Positions 41,627-52,340 of a stretch of DNA of 64,000 nucleotides are shown piece by piece. The notes beneath the pieces were generated by a model, which did no database searches, was not told where the DNA came from, and saw nothing but the letters and a program-made list of their open reading frames with translations. The position numbers and the translations under genes were made by a program. The stretch's first letter is position 1. Every line of letters begins with the position of its first letter. Origin of the DNA: an uncultured Chloroflexia bacterium (lineage in GTDB: Bacteria; Chloroflexota; Limnocylindria; Limnocylindrales; CSP1-4); the NCBI GenBank assembly GCA_963832105.1, contig CAWHSS010000003.1:50046-114045 (forward strand). Direction: 5' to 3'.

Positions 41627-41782
41627 GGCCAGATATTCCTCGGGGGACTACTAGGCCGACATGGCCTCAGGGATCCCGGGTCTAACCCTGATTCGTTAGC
41701 CGTTGATGACTGACTGAGACCGACCCCAGGTCGATTCGGGCGCTTCAAGCGGGCCTAATAGTCTGTGGGCGAATATCTGGCC
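41627..41782. repeat. 155-bp lower-GC non-coding element bounded by perfect 12-bp inverted repeats (GGCCAGATATTC / GAATATCTGGCC)
   Basis: Direct read. Internal palindromes AGGCC-gacat-GGCCT and GGGATCCC. No ORF longer than 12 codons. Located between convergent hydrolase and glgA genes. Confidence 0.5.
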
Positions 41783-41802
41783 GATTGCAGGGGGAAGAGG
41801 GC

Positions 41803-43284
41803 TCAGCGCCGGCGGCGAATCTGAACCGCCCGCTCGTACATGTCGACGTACTGCGGCGCCGAGCCGGTCGTCCAGTCGAAGTCGACCGCCATTCCCCGCT
41901 CGATCAGGCCCGCCCACGCGGGGCCGCCGGCGGCGCGCATCGCGATCGCCGCCTCGCACGCGTCGGCCAGCGCGTCCGGCGTCGCCGCGTCGAAGGCGAA
42001 CCCCGTGCCCTCGCCCGGGAAGCGCAACTCGTCGATCACCGAGTCGGCCAGGCCGCCCGTCCGCCGGACGATCGGTGGCGTGCCGTAGCGCAGCGCCGAT
42101 CATCTGGCCCTGCCCGCACGGCTCGAACCGCGACGGCATCAGGAAGAAGTCGACGCCGGCGTAGATGCGGCGCGCCATCGCCCGGTCGAATCGCTCGAGC
42201 AGCGCGACCCGGTCCGGACTCCGCTCGGCGAGGCCGCGCAGGTCGGCCGCGATCCGCGGGTCCCCGCTGCCGAGTACGACGAGACGGCAGCCGGCCGCGA
42301 GGAGGCGCGGGGCCGCGTCGGCCAGGAGATCGAAGCCCTTCTGCGGATCGAGCCTGCCGATCATCCCGAGAACCGGCCCGTCGTCCGTCGGGTCGAACCC
42401 GACCCGAGTCAGCAGGTCGGCCCGGCAGGTCGCCTTGCCGGTCAGGTCATCGGCCGAATAGGTCGCCGCGAGGTCGGCGTCGGTCGCCGGGTTCCAGACC
42501 TCGGTGTCGAGGCCGTTGAGGATGCCGAGGTAGCGGTCGCCCTTCGCCCGGAGTTCCCCGTCGAGCCCGAAGCCAAGCTCCGGGGTCAGCGACTCGCGGG
42601 CGTAGCCGGGGCTGACGGTGTTGACCATCTCGGCCCGCTCGATGCCGGACGCCAGGAGGTCGATGCCGACTGCGTCCGGATCGACGATGCCGTCGCCCGG
42701 CGCCAGCCCGAGCTGGCCGAGCGACTCGAGCGGCGTCCAGCCGTGATACGCGAGGTTGTGCAGCGTCAAGACCACGGCCGCCCGACCGAGCACCGGGTCG
42801 TCCCGATACCAGCGGTCGCGGAAGATCGGGGCGGGGCCGGCGTGCCAGTCGTGGATATGGATCACGTCGACGGGTCGGTCGCTCTCCGCACGCAGCGTCT
42901 CAAGGGCGGCTCGGCAGAGAAGCCCGAACCGCCACGGGTTGTCGGCGAAGTCGCCGCCGCTGGGCGACCCGTACAGCCCGTCGCGGTCGAAGGCCGCGGG
43001 ATGGTCGACGAGACGCAGCCGATAGCCGTCAGCCTCGACGTCGATGAGCGCTGAGCTCGACCGATCCGCCGAGGGAATGCGGGTCCGGCACCCGCAGCGG
43101 CGTGCCCCGTCCAGCGGACGCCGGAACGGGCACGGACCGGTATCTCGGCAGGAAGACGTCGACGAGGCCATCGGTCGCCCCGGGCACCCTGCGCCAGGGA
43201 GCGGGCGAGGGCGTCGACCACGTCGCCGAGTCCGCCGGTCTTCGCCCACGGCTCGCACTCGGCGGCGATGAACGCAATGCGCAT
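41803..43284 (-). CDS. glgA: glycogen (starch) synthase, GT5 family; at least 2 apparent frameshifts
   Basis: N-terminus [26 protein letters not shown] (ORF 42862-43290); middle and C-terminus in ORF 41696-43363 and ORF 41803-42039 (...[21 protein letters not shown]...). Confidence 0.8.
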
Positions 43285-43381
43285 CGGCATCGGGCCATGG
43301 TAGCGACGGGCCCGGCGCGGTACCGAACCGTGCGCCAGACCGGTTCAGGGAGCCCGGCGGCAAACGTTATCATCGCCGGAC

Positions 43382-45589
43382 ATGCACCCCGCGCCACAGG
43401 TTCCCTCGATTCCGGCGGCCAGCTTCCGCCTCCCGCCACCACTCGAAGGCCTTCGCCGCCTCGCCTACAACCTGTACTGGTGCTGGCACCCGCGGGCGAG
43501 GACGATCTGGAGCCGGATCGATCGCGACACGTGGACGCGTCACCGCAACCCGATTCCCGTCCTGAGCGGGCCCGGTCGACTGGACCCGGCTCCTCGACGA
43601 CACGACGTTCATGGCCGAGGTCAAGGGCGTCCTCCGCGACTTCGATCATTACCTCGCCAACGGCTCTGACAACTGGTTCCAGCGCAAATACCCGGACGTG
43701 CCGGCCGGCCCGATCGCCTACTTCTGCGCCGAGTACGGGTTCTACGAGTCGCTCGGGATCTACTCGGGCGGCCTGGGCGTGCTCGCCGGCGACCACACGA
43801 AGACCACGTCCGACATGGCCCTGCCCTTCATCGGGGTCGGGCCTCATGTATCGCAACGGCTACTTCCACCAGACGATCGACGCCGACGGCCACCAGGAGC
43901 ACGCCTACCCGGACTACGACCTGTCGCGGCTGCCGATCAGCCGGGTCCAGGGCCCGGACGGCGAACCACTCCAGGTCTGCGTGGAGCTGCCGGGCCGCGA
44001 CCTCCAGGTCGCCGTGTGGTGCGCCCAGGTCGGCCGGACGCCGGTCCTGCTCCTCGACACCGACATCCCCGAGAACGGCGACGCCGACCGGCCGATCACC
44101 CACATCCTCTACGTCCGCGGCCGCGAGATGCGGCTCCACCAGGAGCTGGTGCTGGGCGTCGGCGGGGTGCGGGCGCTGCGGGCGCTCGGGATCGATCCGT
44201 CGGTCTGGCATCTCAACGAGGGCCACTCCGCGCTGCTCCTCGCCGAGCGCGCCCGCGAGTACGTCGCCGCGGGCATCGACGCTCGACGAGGCCTGGGACC
44301 GCGTCCGGACCGACAGCGTCTTCACGATCCACACGCCCGTCTCCGCGGGCAACGAGCGGTTCGCCGTCGACCTCGTCCGCCGGCTCGCGGGTCCGCTGCT
44401 CGACGGCGACGGCCGGCCGACGACCGGCGGCGTCCCGATCGACAAGGTCCTCGAGCTGGGCGTCGGGGTCGAGGGCGACCGGACCGAGTTCGACATGACC
44501 GCCTTCTCGCTGCGGCTCACGCGGCGGGCGAATGCCGTCAGCCAGCTCCACGCCGCGACCGCGGACGCGACCTGGCGGGGAGTCTCGCCGCGGGAGATCA
44601 TCGGCGTCACGAACGGCGTCCACATGCCGAGCTGGATCGGGCACGCGATGGGCGAGACCCTGTCCGGCAGCCTGCGGGCCGACCTCGACAACCTCGACGC
44701 GGAAGGCGCACGAGGCCACTTCTGGGAGCGGCTCGACAAGCTCCCGACGGACGAGCTGTGGGAGGCCCACCAGCGCCAGAAGCTCGAGCTGGCGATCTTC
44801 GCCCGCCGCCGGCTGCGGAACCAGTTCGCCCGCCACGGCGAGGCACCGATCGTCCTCGATTCGGTCGAGGCGGCGCTCGATCCCGACATCCTCACGATCG
44901 GCTTCGCCCGCCGCTTCGCGACCTACAAGCGGGCGGGCCTGCTGTTCAGCGACGTCGACCGGCTCGCGCGGCTGCTGTGGGACGAGAACCGTCCCGTCCA
45001 GATCGTGTTCGCGGGCAAGGCCCACCCGGCCGACCGGCCGGGGCAGCAGGTCATCCAGGAGATCTTCGAGCGCTCCCGGTCCGAGCAGCTCCACGGTCGG
45101 GTCTTCATCCTCGAGGACTACGACATCCGGATGGCGCGCTACCTCGTCGCCGGCGTCGACATCTGGCTCAACAACCCCCGTCGTCCGCTGGAGGCGTCCG
45201 GGACGAGCGGGATGAAGGCCGCGGCGAACGGCGTCGTCAACGTCAGCGTCCTCGACGGCTGGTGGGACGAGGGCTGGACCGGCGACAACGGCTGGGCGAT
45301 CGGTGGCCGGGAGACGAACCCCGACGAGAAGGCGCAGGACTGGGCCGACGCCCAGGACCTGTACCGGATCCTCGAGGAGGAGGTCGTGCCGCGCTACTAC
45401 GAGCGCGGCGCCGACGGCCTGCCCGAGACCTGGGTGGACCTGATGCGACGCTCGATGGGCTCGACGCTCTGGCGGTTCTCGACGACGCGGATGCTCCACG
45501 AGTACGTCGAGCGGATGTACCTGCCGGTCGGCGAAGAGGCGTCCGACGACGCGGCGACCCAGCCGGCGACGGTCTCAGCCGAGTCGTAG
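43382..45589 (+). CDS. glgP: alpha-glucan (glycogen/maltodextrin) phosphorylase, GT35; at least 3 apparent frameshifts
   Basis: N-terminal DUF3417-type LAYNLYWCWHP...; CAEYGFYESLGIYSGGLGVLAGDH; C-terminal 364 aa (ORF 44495-45589) with EASGTSGMKAAANG (the pyridoxal-Lys motif). Confidence 0.8.
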
Positions 45590-45599
45590 ACCACGCGGT

Positions 45600-47094
45600 C
45601 AGCTCGACGAGCACCGCCGAACCCAACGCCGGCAGAACAATCGCCCCGCCGCCATCCGTGAGTCTGGCTTCCGTCCCAGCCAACTCCAGCCAGCGGAGCC
45701 CCTCCCCGCCGCCGCTTGAGCTGAGATCGAGCTCGGCGGTGTCCTCCCCGGCGTTGACCGCGACGATCGCCCTCCGATCGGCGGCCAGCCGCGCAAGCGC
45801 GATCGACCGCTCGCCCGCGGCCGCGACCCGCACCTCCCCGACCCGCAGCGACTCGTGTGCCGCGCGCGCGCGGAGCAGGTCGCGGACGAATGCTCGCGTC
45901 GCGAGCGCGTCCAGCATCGAGCTCCGCGCCGATGGGCGGATAGGCTCGGCGGCAATCGGGGTCAGCCGCCCCGGCCATCGCCACCTCGTCGCCGTAGTAG
46001 ATCGACGGTGCGCCGGGCAAGGTCAGCTGGAGCGCCATCGCCAGGCGGAGTCGCGCCGGATCACCGCCCATGACGGTCCGCGCGCGAGGCGTGTCGTGAC
46101 TCCCAAGGAGATTGAACTGCGCGGCGGTCACCTCCGGGTCGAAGGGCCGTCATCAGGTGCTCGAGCTGCGCCACCGAACTGCCGCCCATCGAGGGCAACG
46201 AGCTCGCGCCGATAATTCGCCTGACCGGCGATGACGGCCAGGTCGAGATGGTCGCCGCCGACAAACCCCAGGATCGCCAGGGCGAGCGGGTAGTTCATGA
46301 CGGCATCGAAACGGTCGCCCGTCAGCCAGTCCGGCGCCTCTTCCCAGATCTCGCCGAGGAGGTATGCGTCGGGGTTGACGGCCCTGACCCGGTTGCGGAA
46401 CTCGGGCCAGAACGTCTCGTCCTCGATGTCCTCGGGCACGTCCAGACGCCAGCCGTCGATCCCGAACCGGAGCCAGTGCTCGGCGACGCCGAAGAGGTAC
46501 TCCCGGACATCGGGATGCTCGACCCGCAGCTTCGGCAGGGACGGGAGGTCCCACCAGCTCCGGTAGCCGAGTCGCGCGGGCACTGCCCCGTCGCGGCCGT
46601 CGTCGTAGGCGCCCAGACCGCGCCGATGGGTGAGCACATCACCGTCCAGGTAGAACCAGTCGCTGTACGGCGAGGCGCCGCCAGCTTCCATGACGTGGTG
46701 GAAGGGCCAGAACCCGCGTCCGGTGTGATTGAAGACGCCGTCGAGGATGACCCGGATGCCGCGCGTATGGGCATCGTCGAGCAGCTCGCGGAAGGCCGCG
46801 TCACCGCCCAGCATCGGGTCCACCGACAGGTAGTCGTAGGCGTTGTAGCGATGGTTCGAGGCGGCGCTGAAGATCGGGATTCAGGTAGATCGCCGTGATC
46901 CCGAGGTCAACGAGCTCGTCGAGACGCTCGGCGAGGCCGAGCAGATCGCCGCCCTTGTAGCCGTCGAACGTCGGCGGCGCCGACCACGGCTCGAGGGCGC
47001 CCGGTTTTCGGACGCGCGCGCTCGAGGCGAAGCGGTCGGGAAAGACCTGGTAGAAGACGGCGTCGCGAACCCAGGCGGGCGGATCGATCGTCAC
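45600..47094 (-). CDS. GH13 alpha-amylase family glycosidase (cyclomaltodextrinase/neopullulanase-like catalytic core); at least 2 apparent frameshifts, 3' end uncertain
   Basis: N-terminus WVRDAVFYQVFPDRFASS...GGDLLGLAERLDELVDLGITAIYLNP (region I); GWRLDVPEDI (region II Asp); EIWEE (region III Glu); FNLLGSHDTPR (region IV). C-terminal beta-sandwich in ORF 45243-45917. Convergent with glgP. Confidence 0.7.
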
Positions 47095-47175
47095 AGAGAC
47101 CTCGACTCGGGTTGGTAGGTCAGACGGTACCGCTCCGCCGAGGATGTGACTGCAAGGGCCCGAAGGCACATCCGC

Positions 47176-47529
47176 TCAAGAGTCCGCGCGGCCCGTAGGC
47201 CAGTCGGGGGCCACGCGTTCGAGCGATTGCACCGCATCGGCCGTCTCCTCAATCGGCTCGGCCGTCTCCTCAATCGGACCGCCGGGCATCGCGACGTCGG
47301 CCGCCTCCGCGGTCGCATCCGCGACGTCGGTCGCCCCTGCGGTCGCATGGTCGGGCTCGCCGGTCATCCGCCAGTCTCGGAACCCCGACACGATCCCGCC
47401 CAGGGCACTGTCCCGCGACGCGTCGATCGTCCAGTCGAGTGCCTTCAGTGCCAGGCCGAACAGGACGAGGGTGCCGCCTAGAACAGCGAGGGCGAGAAGA
47501 AGGCCGGCCGGGACGAATGGGAGCTCCAT
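47176..47529 (-). CDS. small single-pass membrane protein containing an in-frame 21-bp tandem duplication
   Basis: TM LLLALAVLGGTLVLFGLAL. Nucleotides 47238-47279 are two copies of a 21-bp unit (g[ac]tcggccgtctcctcaatcg), encoding EP/TAEPIEETA repeats. Confidence 0.35.
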   Translation of the reverse strand: MELPFVPAGLLLALAVLGGTLVLFGLALKALDWTIDASRDSALGGIVSGFRDWRMTGEPDHATAGATDVADATAEAADVAMPGGPIEETAEPIEETADAVQSLERVAPDWPTGRADS

Positions 47530-47544
47530 CGCTGTACCGGCGCG

Positions 47545-48490
47545 TCAGCCCTTCACCCCGCCGACCGCGAGGCCGCCGACGATGTACTTCTGGAAGAAGA
47601 AGAACACGATCGAGACCGGCGCCGCGAACAGGATCGAGAATGCGGCGAAGTCGGACCACGGCGTCTGTCCGAACGCGCCCACCATCTTGTTGAGCGCGAG
47701 CGACAGGGTGAAACCCTGGCTCGGGTCGTTGAGGAAGATCGAGACGAAATAGAACTCGGTCCAGCCGGCAACGAAGCCGAGGAAGCCGGTCACGGCGAGC
47801 GCCGGCGTCGCCAGCGGCAGGACGATCTTGAAGAAGGACTGGTTGCGAGTGCAGCCGTCGACGGCGGCGGCCTCCTCGAGCTCTTTCGGGATCGTGTCGA
47901 GATAGCCCTTGAGGTTCCAGATCGCGAACGGCAGCGTCCCCGAGACGACGGCCAGTCCGACCCCGATGAGCGACTGGCGGAGGTTGAACTCGCCCAGGAG
48001 CGGCAGGTCAAGCCGGATGCTGTTGAGCATGATGAAGAGCGGCGCGATCGTCGCCACCGCGGGCAGCATCAGAACGCCCAGGATCGCGATCATCAGGACC
48101 TCGCGGAAGCGGAACCGGAGGCGCGAGAACGCGTAGGCGGCGAGGACGCCGATCGCGACCGAGAACAGGGCCACGCTCGATGCCAGCAGGAAGCTGTTCC
48201 GCGCCAGTTCGAGGAGGCTGATCTCGTCGCTCGTCGGCTGGGCGATGACCCGGGCGAACGCGTCGAGCGACGCGCCCGGCGGGATCAGGCTGTCGGGCCG
48301 CGACAGGTTCCGCGGGTCGAGAGCCAGCGAGAAGATCCACAGGATCGGGAAGAGCACCGTGGCCGTGATCAGGAGGCAGATGACCTGGAGGCCGAGCTGC
48401 TGCCGGCCGGTGAGCCGGCCGCGGCCGGACCGCCGGGTTCGCTTGGCTGCCGACGGGCCGGACCGCGTCGGCGCTGGCGGCGGCTGTCAT
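47545..48490 (-). CDS. carbohydrate ABC transporter permease (MalG-like); apparent frameshift near the 5' end
   Basis: 270-aa ORF with the EAA loop IPKELEEAAAVDGCTRNQSFFKIVLP. Extended N-terminus from the ATG at 48490 (GGGAGGA RBS) is in another frame. Confidence 0.8.
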
Positions 48491-48525
48491 CGGATCCTCC
48501 CGCGTCGAGACTCGGCTGACGGCGC

Positions 48526-49609
48526 TCAGTCGGCATAGCTCGCAGTCGCTTGCGCCAGCCGGTTCGTCACCAGCGTGATCGCCAGAAGGAGGAAGAACAG
48601 GAGCACGGAGAAGGCCGCCGCGACGCCGTATAGCTGGAAGTCGTTGACCAGCTTGTAGGCCTGGGTCACGAACAGCTCGGTCCGCCCGAACGGACCGCCG
48701 CCCGACATGAAGAACGAGAGGTAGAAGAGGTTGAACGTCACGACGAAGCCATAGATCGCGTACGGCAGCATCGCCGGCCGGAGGAACGGGAGGGTCACGA
48801 CCTTGAACTTCTGCCAGCGCGTTGGCGCCGTCCATCTCGGCTGCCTCGTACAGGTCGGGCGGGACGCTCTGGAGCGCCCCGGTCGCGACGACCGCGTTGA
48901 GCGGCCAGCCGAGCCATGTGTTCGCCGCGAGCAGCGCGAAGTAGGCCAGCGGCAAGGGGATGAACGAGATCGGATCGTCGACCTGGCCGAGCCAGTCGAT
49001 CTTGAAGGCGTCTGGCGGGATCTTGAACAGGACGCCGATCCCCTGGAGCGCCATGTTGATCGCCCCGTTGTCCTCGTCGAACAGGTGCCGCCAGACCGTC
49101 GCCACGATGATCGGCGGGATGATCACCGGGAGGATGAACAGGGCCCGGTAGACCTTCTTGAAGCGCAGCCCGTTGACGTTGAGGACGAGGGCGATGGCGA
49201 CGCCGAGGACGACGTGGATGACCACGTTGGAGAAGGCCCAGAAGAGGTTGAAGAAGAGCAGCCGCAGGAACTCGAAGTTCGGGATGTTCAGCTTGCTCGT
49301 GACGATCTGTTCGTAGTTGTCGAGGCCGACGACGTTGGGCGGGACCTTGCCGCTGAGGTTTCCCAGGCCGAAGTCCGTGAACGACATCCAGGTCTGGAAG
49401 AGCAGCGGATAGAACGTGATGATCCCCATCACCAGGAACGCCGGCAGCAGATAGAGCACGCGGTCCGCGTGTCCGGTGTCAGACGCCTTCGGCGGCGCGG
49501 CTGGGGGATCGGAAGCGGGACGGCTGGGGCGGTCATCGCGTGAGCTCCTCGTGACCGGCGTCGATGATGATCCGCGGCGGCTGGCCACCGCTGGGGCTGG
49601 GATCAACAA
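48526..49609 (-). CDS. carbohydrate ABC transporter permease (MalF-like); apparent frameshift about 48800
   Basis: TM core plus EAA loop YEAAEMDGANALAEV in the 48008-49609 frame; C-terminal 90 aa in ORF 48526-48798. Confidence 0.75.
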
Positions 49610-49685
49610 GGACGTGCGAGTTGATCGTACGTCCCGGAGCGAGGGGAAGACCCGGGCGCCGGCGGTGCCGGCGCCCGGGTGACTG

Positions 49686-50949
49686 CTACTGGATCTTGTT
49701 CGCCTTGTTCATCGCGGCGCACGCGTCGGTGGCCGCCTTGGCCGGATCCTCGTTCTTCTGGATGACGAGGTTCAGCGCGTTGTCGAAGTTGCTCCAGAAG
49801 TTGTCGAGCTGCGGAACCTGCGGCCGCGGGAAGCCGGTGGCCACCGCCTCGCCGAACTTCTGGGTGATCGGATCGCTGATCGTGATCGTCGTGTCGGCCG
49901 GGATGTGGCCGGCAGTGTCGACGAAGACCTGCTCGTTCTCGGGCTTGACCATCTCGAGGGCGAAGTTGACCGCGAGCGCGGCATCCTTCGTGTTGGTGTT
50001 GATGTACCAGCCGTCGACGCCGGTCAGCGGCTTCGAGGGGCCCTTCGGGCCGGCCGGCATCGGCGCGACGGCGAGGTTGTCCTTCGAGCGCGTCCTTGTA
50101 GCCACCCGAGGCCCACGGCCCGTCGACGATCAGGTCGATCTTGCCCGACTTGAAGTCGCTGGCGAGGTCGTCGTACTTGTCGTACCACTTGGCGCCGGCG
50201 GTCTGGAGGTCCTGGAAGTACTTGTAGGCGTCGGCGACACCGGTCGTGTCGGCGACGCACTTGCCCGTGTCGTCCATGAGCTTGCCGCCGAAGCGCAGCC
50301 CACCAGCCGAACGAGTGATACGACGAGTGGGCGTCGAAGCCGGCCTTGATCTTGCCGTCCTTGACAGCCGCCGAGAGCTCATCGGTCGTCGCCGGCGGGG
50401 TCGCGATCTTCGACTTGTCGTAGTACATCGCGACGGCCTTGAGCGACTCGGGGACCATGTAGAGCTTGCCGTCGACCTTGCTGCCCTCGATGGAGACCTC
50501 GGAGGCGTTGGCGAGCTTGCCTTCGAGCATGCGAGCTGACGTCGAGGAAGAGCTTGGCGCGGGCCTCCTTGCCGAGGCTGTCGTTCGGGGCGATGAAGAG
50601 GTCCGGCCCGCCGCCGCTCGCGGCTTCGAGCTCGAACTTCTTGAACAGGTCGTCGAACTTGACGTCCTGGATCGTGAGCTTGAGGTCTGGGTTGGCGGCC
50701 TTGATCTTGTCGGTGACTTTCTTGAGGGCAGTGGCCTCGGTGCCGGCTCCCGAGCCGTAGGAATGCCAGACCGTGAGGCTGCCCTTCAGTGCCGCGCTCG
50801 GCTGTCGCCCGTGCCGCCGCCGGGGGCTGCACGCGGTTGGAGTGTTCGGCGATGCGGCCGCGCCGCTGCCGCCGGGGGCGCTGCTGCATGCGCCGCAGCA
50901 TGATGGTGAGGCTGGCGAGGACGCCGAGCACTCGGAGCTTGCTGTTCAT
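49686..50949 (-). CDS. carbohydrate ABC transporter substrate-binding protein (maltodextrin-type); at least 3 apparent frameshifts
   Basis: Signal peptide MNSKLRVLGVLASLTIML with a GGAGGAG RBS. SBP body distributed over ORFs 49603-51096, 50024-50530 (GKLYMVPESLKAVAMYYDK) and 49686-50105. Confidence 0.75.
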
Positions 50950-51036
50950 CTCTGTCGATTCTCCTCCACATTCTTTGATGGTGGCCGGCGGGGCCGGCCC
51001 TCTGGTCGTCCGCTCGACGGCGGATCCGGGCGATCG

Positions 51037-51048
51037 TTTGCGACGCAA
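51037..51048. promoter_or_regulatory. inverted repeat TTTGCG-A-CGCAA(A) between lacI-family gene and SBP gene; candidate LacI-family operator
   Basis: Direct read of atcgTTTGCGaCGCAAtgc, about 100 bp upstream of the SBP start. Confidence 0.25.
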
Positions 51049-51092
51049 TGCCCGGCGGGCCGCGTCTCGCATGGACCTCGGTCTGGCCCCGT

Positions 51093-52149
51093 TCACCTCC
51101 CTTGCTGAGCGGGCGCCGGTCCTGTCGACGCCCGGACGATGAGTCGAGTCGCCAGCCGCCGGTGTCCCGGCGGCTCGCTCGTGCCTGCGATGACGGCGAG
51201 AGCAGGCGGGCAGCCTCCTCGCCCTTGCCGCGAATGGGTTGGTGGACGGTGGTGAGTGGCGGGTCCGTGGTCTGGGCGAGCTCGATGTCGTCGAAGCCGA
51301 CGACGCTCACGTCGCGCGGGATCGAGAGGCCATGGTCGCGGAGCGCCCGGATCGCACCGATCGCGATCGCGTCGCTCATCGCCAGGACCGCCGTCGGCCG
51401 GCGACCGGCCTCCCAGGCTCGTTCGAATGCGGCGACGCCGCCGCGCGAAAGTGGCCGGGCTGACGATGACGTCGCCATCCGCGTATCGTCGACGCCGACG
51501 GCGGTCAAGGCCGTGCGATAGCCGCGCAGCCGGCGCGCCACGACGTCCTCGGCGCCGCTCGGGGCATGCTCGGCCCGCTCGATCCCGACGACCACGACGT
51601 CGCGATGGCCCAGCTCGATCAGGTGTTCCGCGGCGGCCCGCGCCCCGCCCTCGTCGTCGACATCGACCGAGGCGACCTTGTCGAACGGGTCGGAGTCGAC
51701 CGTCGTCATCGGCAGGCCGGCGCGCGGATCTCCGCGATCTCCGGATGGTCCGCGGCCAGACCGATGGCGACCACACCGTCGACGGTCGCCCGAGCGATCG
51801 CCCGCGACAGGGAGCCGTGCAGCGGCGAGATGAAGTGGAGCCCGTAGCCGGCTTCCTCCGCGACCGCCGCGACCCCGGCGCTGAACATCCCGAAGAACGG
51901 GTTGGAGAAGATCGACGCCAGCGCCTGCGGCGTGAGCAGGCCGATCGTCCCGGTTCGCCGCTGGGTGAGCATCCGGGCGACCGGATCCGGCCGATAGCCG
52001 AGCGAATCGGCGATCTCCATGATCCGCGATGCCGTGTCCACGTTCAGCCGACCCGGATTGTTGAACGCGAACGACACGGCGGTCTTCGATACGCCGGCGG
52101 CTTCCGCCACGTCCGCGATCGTCACCCGTCGCGTGACTTGCTGCTCCAA
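51093..52149 (-). CDS. LacI family transcriptional regulator; apparent frameshift about 51700
   Basis: HTH VTIADVAEAAGVSKTAVSFAFNN (ORF 51706-52149); periplasmic-binding-fold effector domain in the 50786-52699 frame; C-terminus ...RLATRLIVRAST in ORF 51093-51776. Confidence 0.8.
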
Positions 52150-52340
52150 GCTGCCTCCTCAGGGCCAGGAACCTGCCGTCGGTCACACCGGTCTGGTCCG
52201 CAGCCTCGCGGCTGTGTATGATCCGGGGAACGTTGCGGCAAACCGGTTTAGCAAACCGGTTTAGGCACCGTACCAGAGTCGCGGTCGCAACGTCAATACG
52301 GTCGAATCGAAACCGTTCTGATCCCCGCCCAGCAGCAAGG

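Noticed and set aside
43102-46215. 1037-aa plus-strand ORF
   Set aside because: Only its middle third matches GlgP. The rest is antisense or off-frame translation of high-GC sequence, overlapping the minus-strand GH13 gene.
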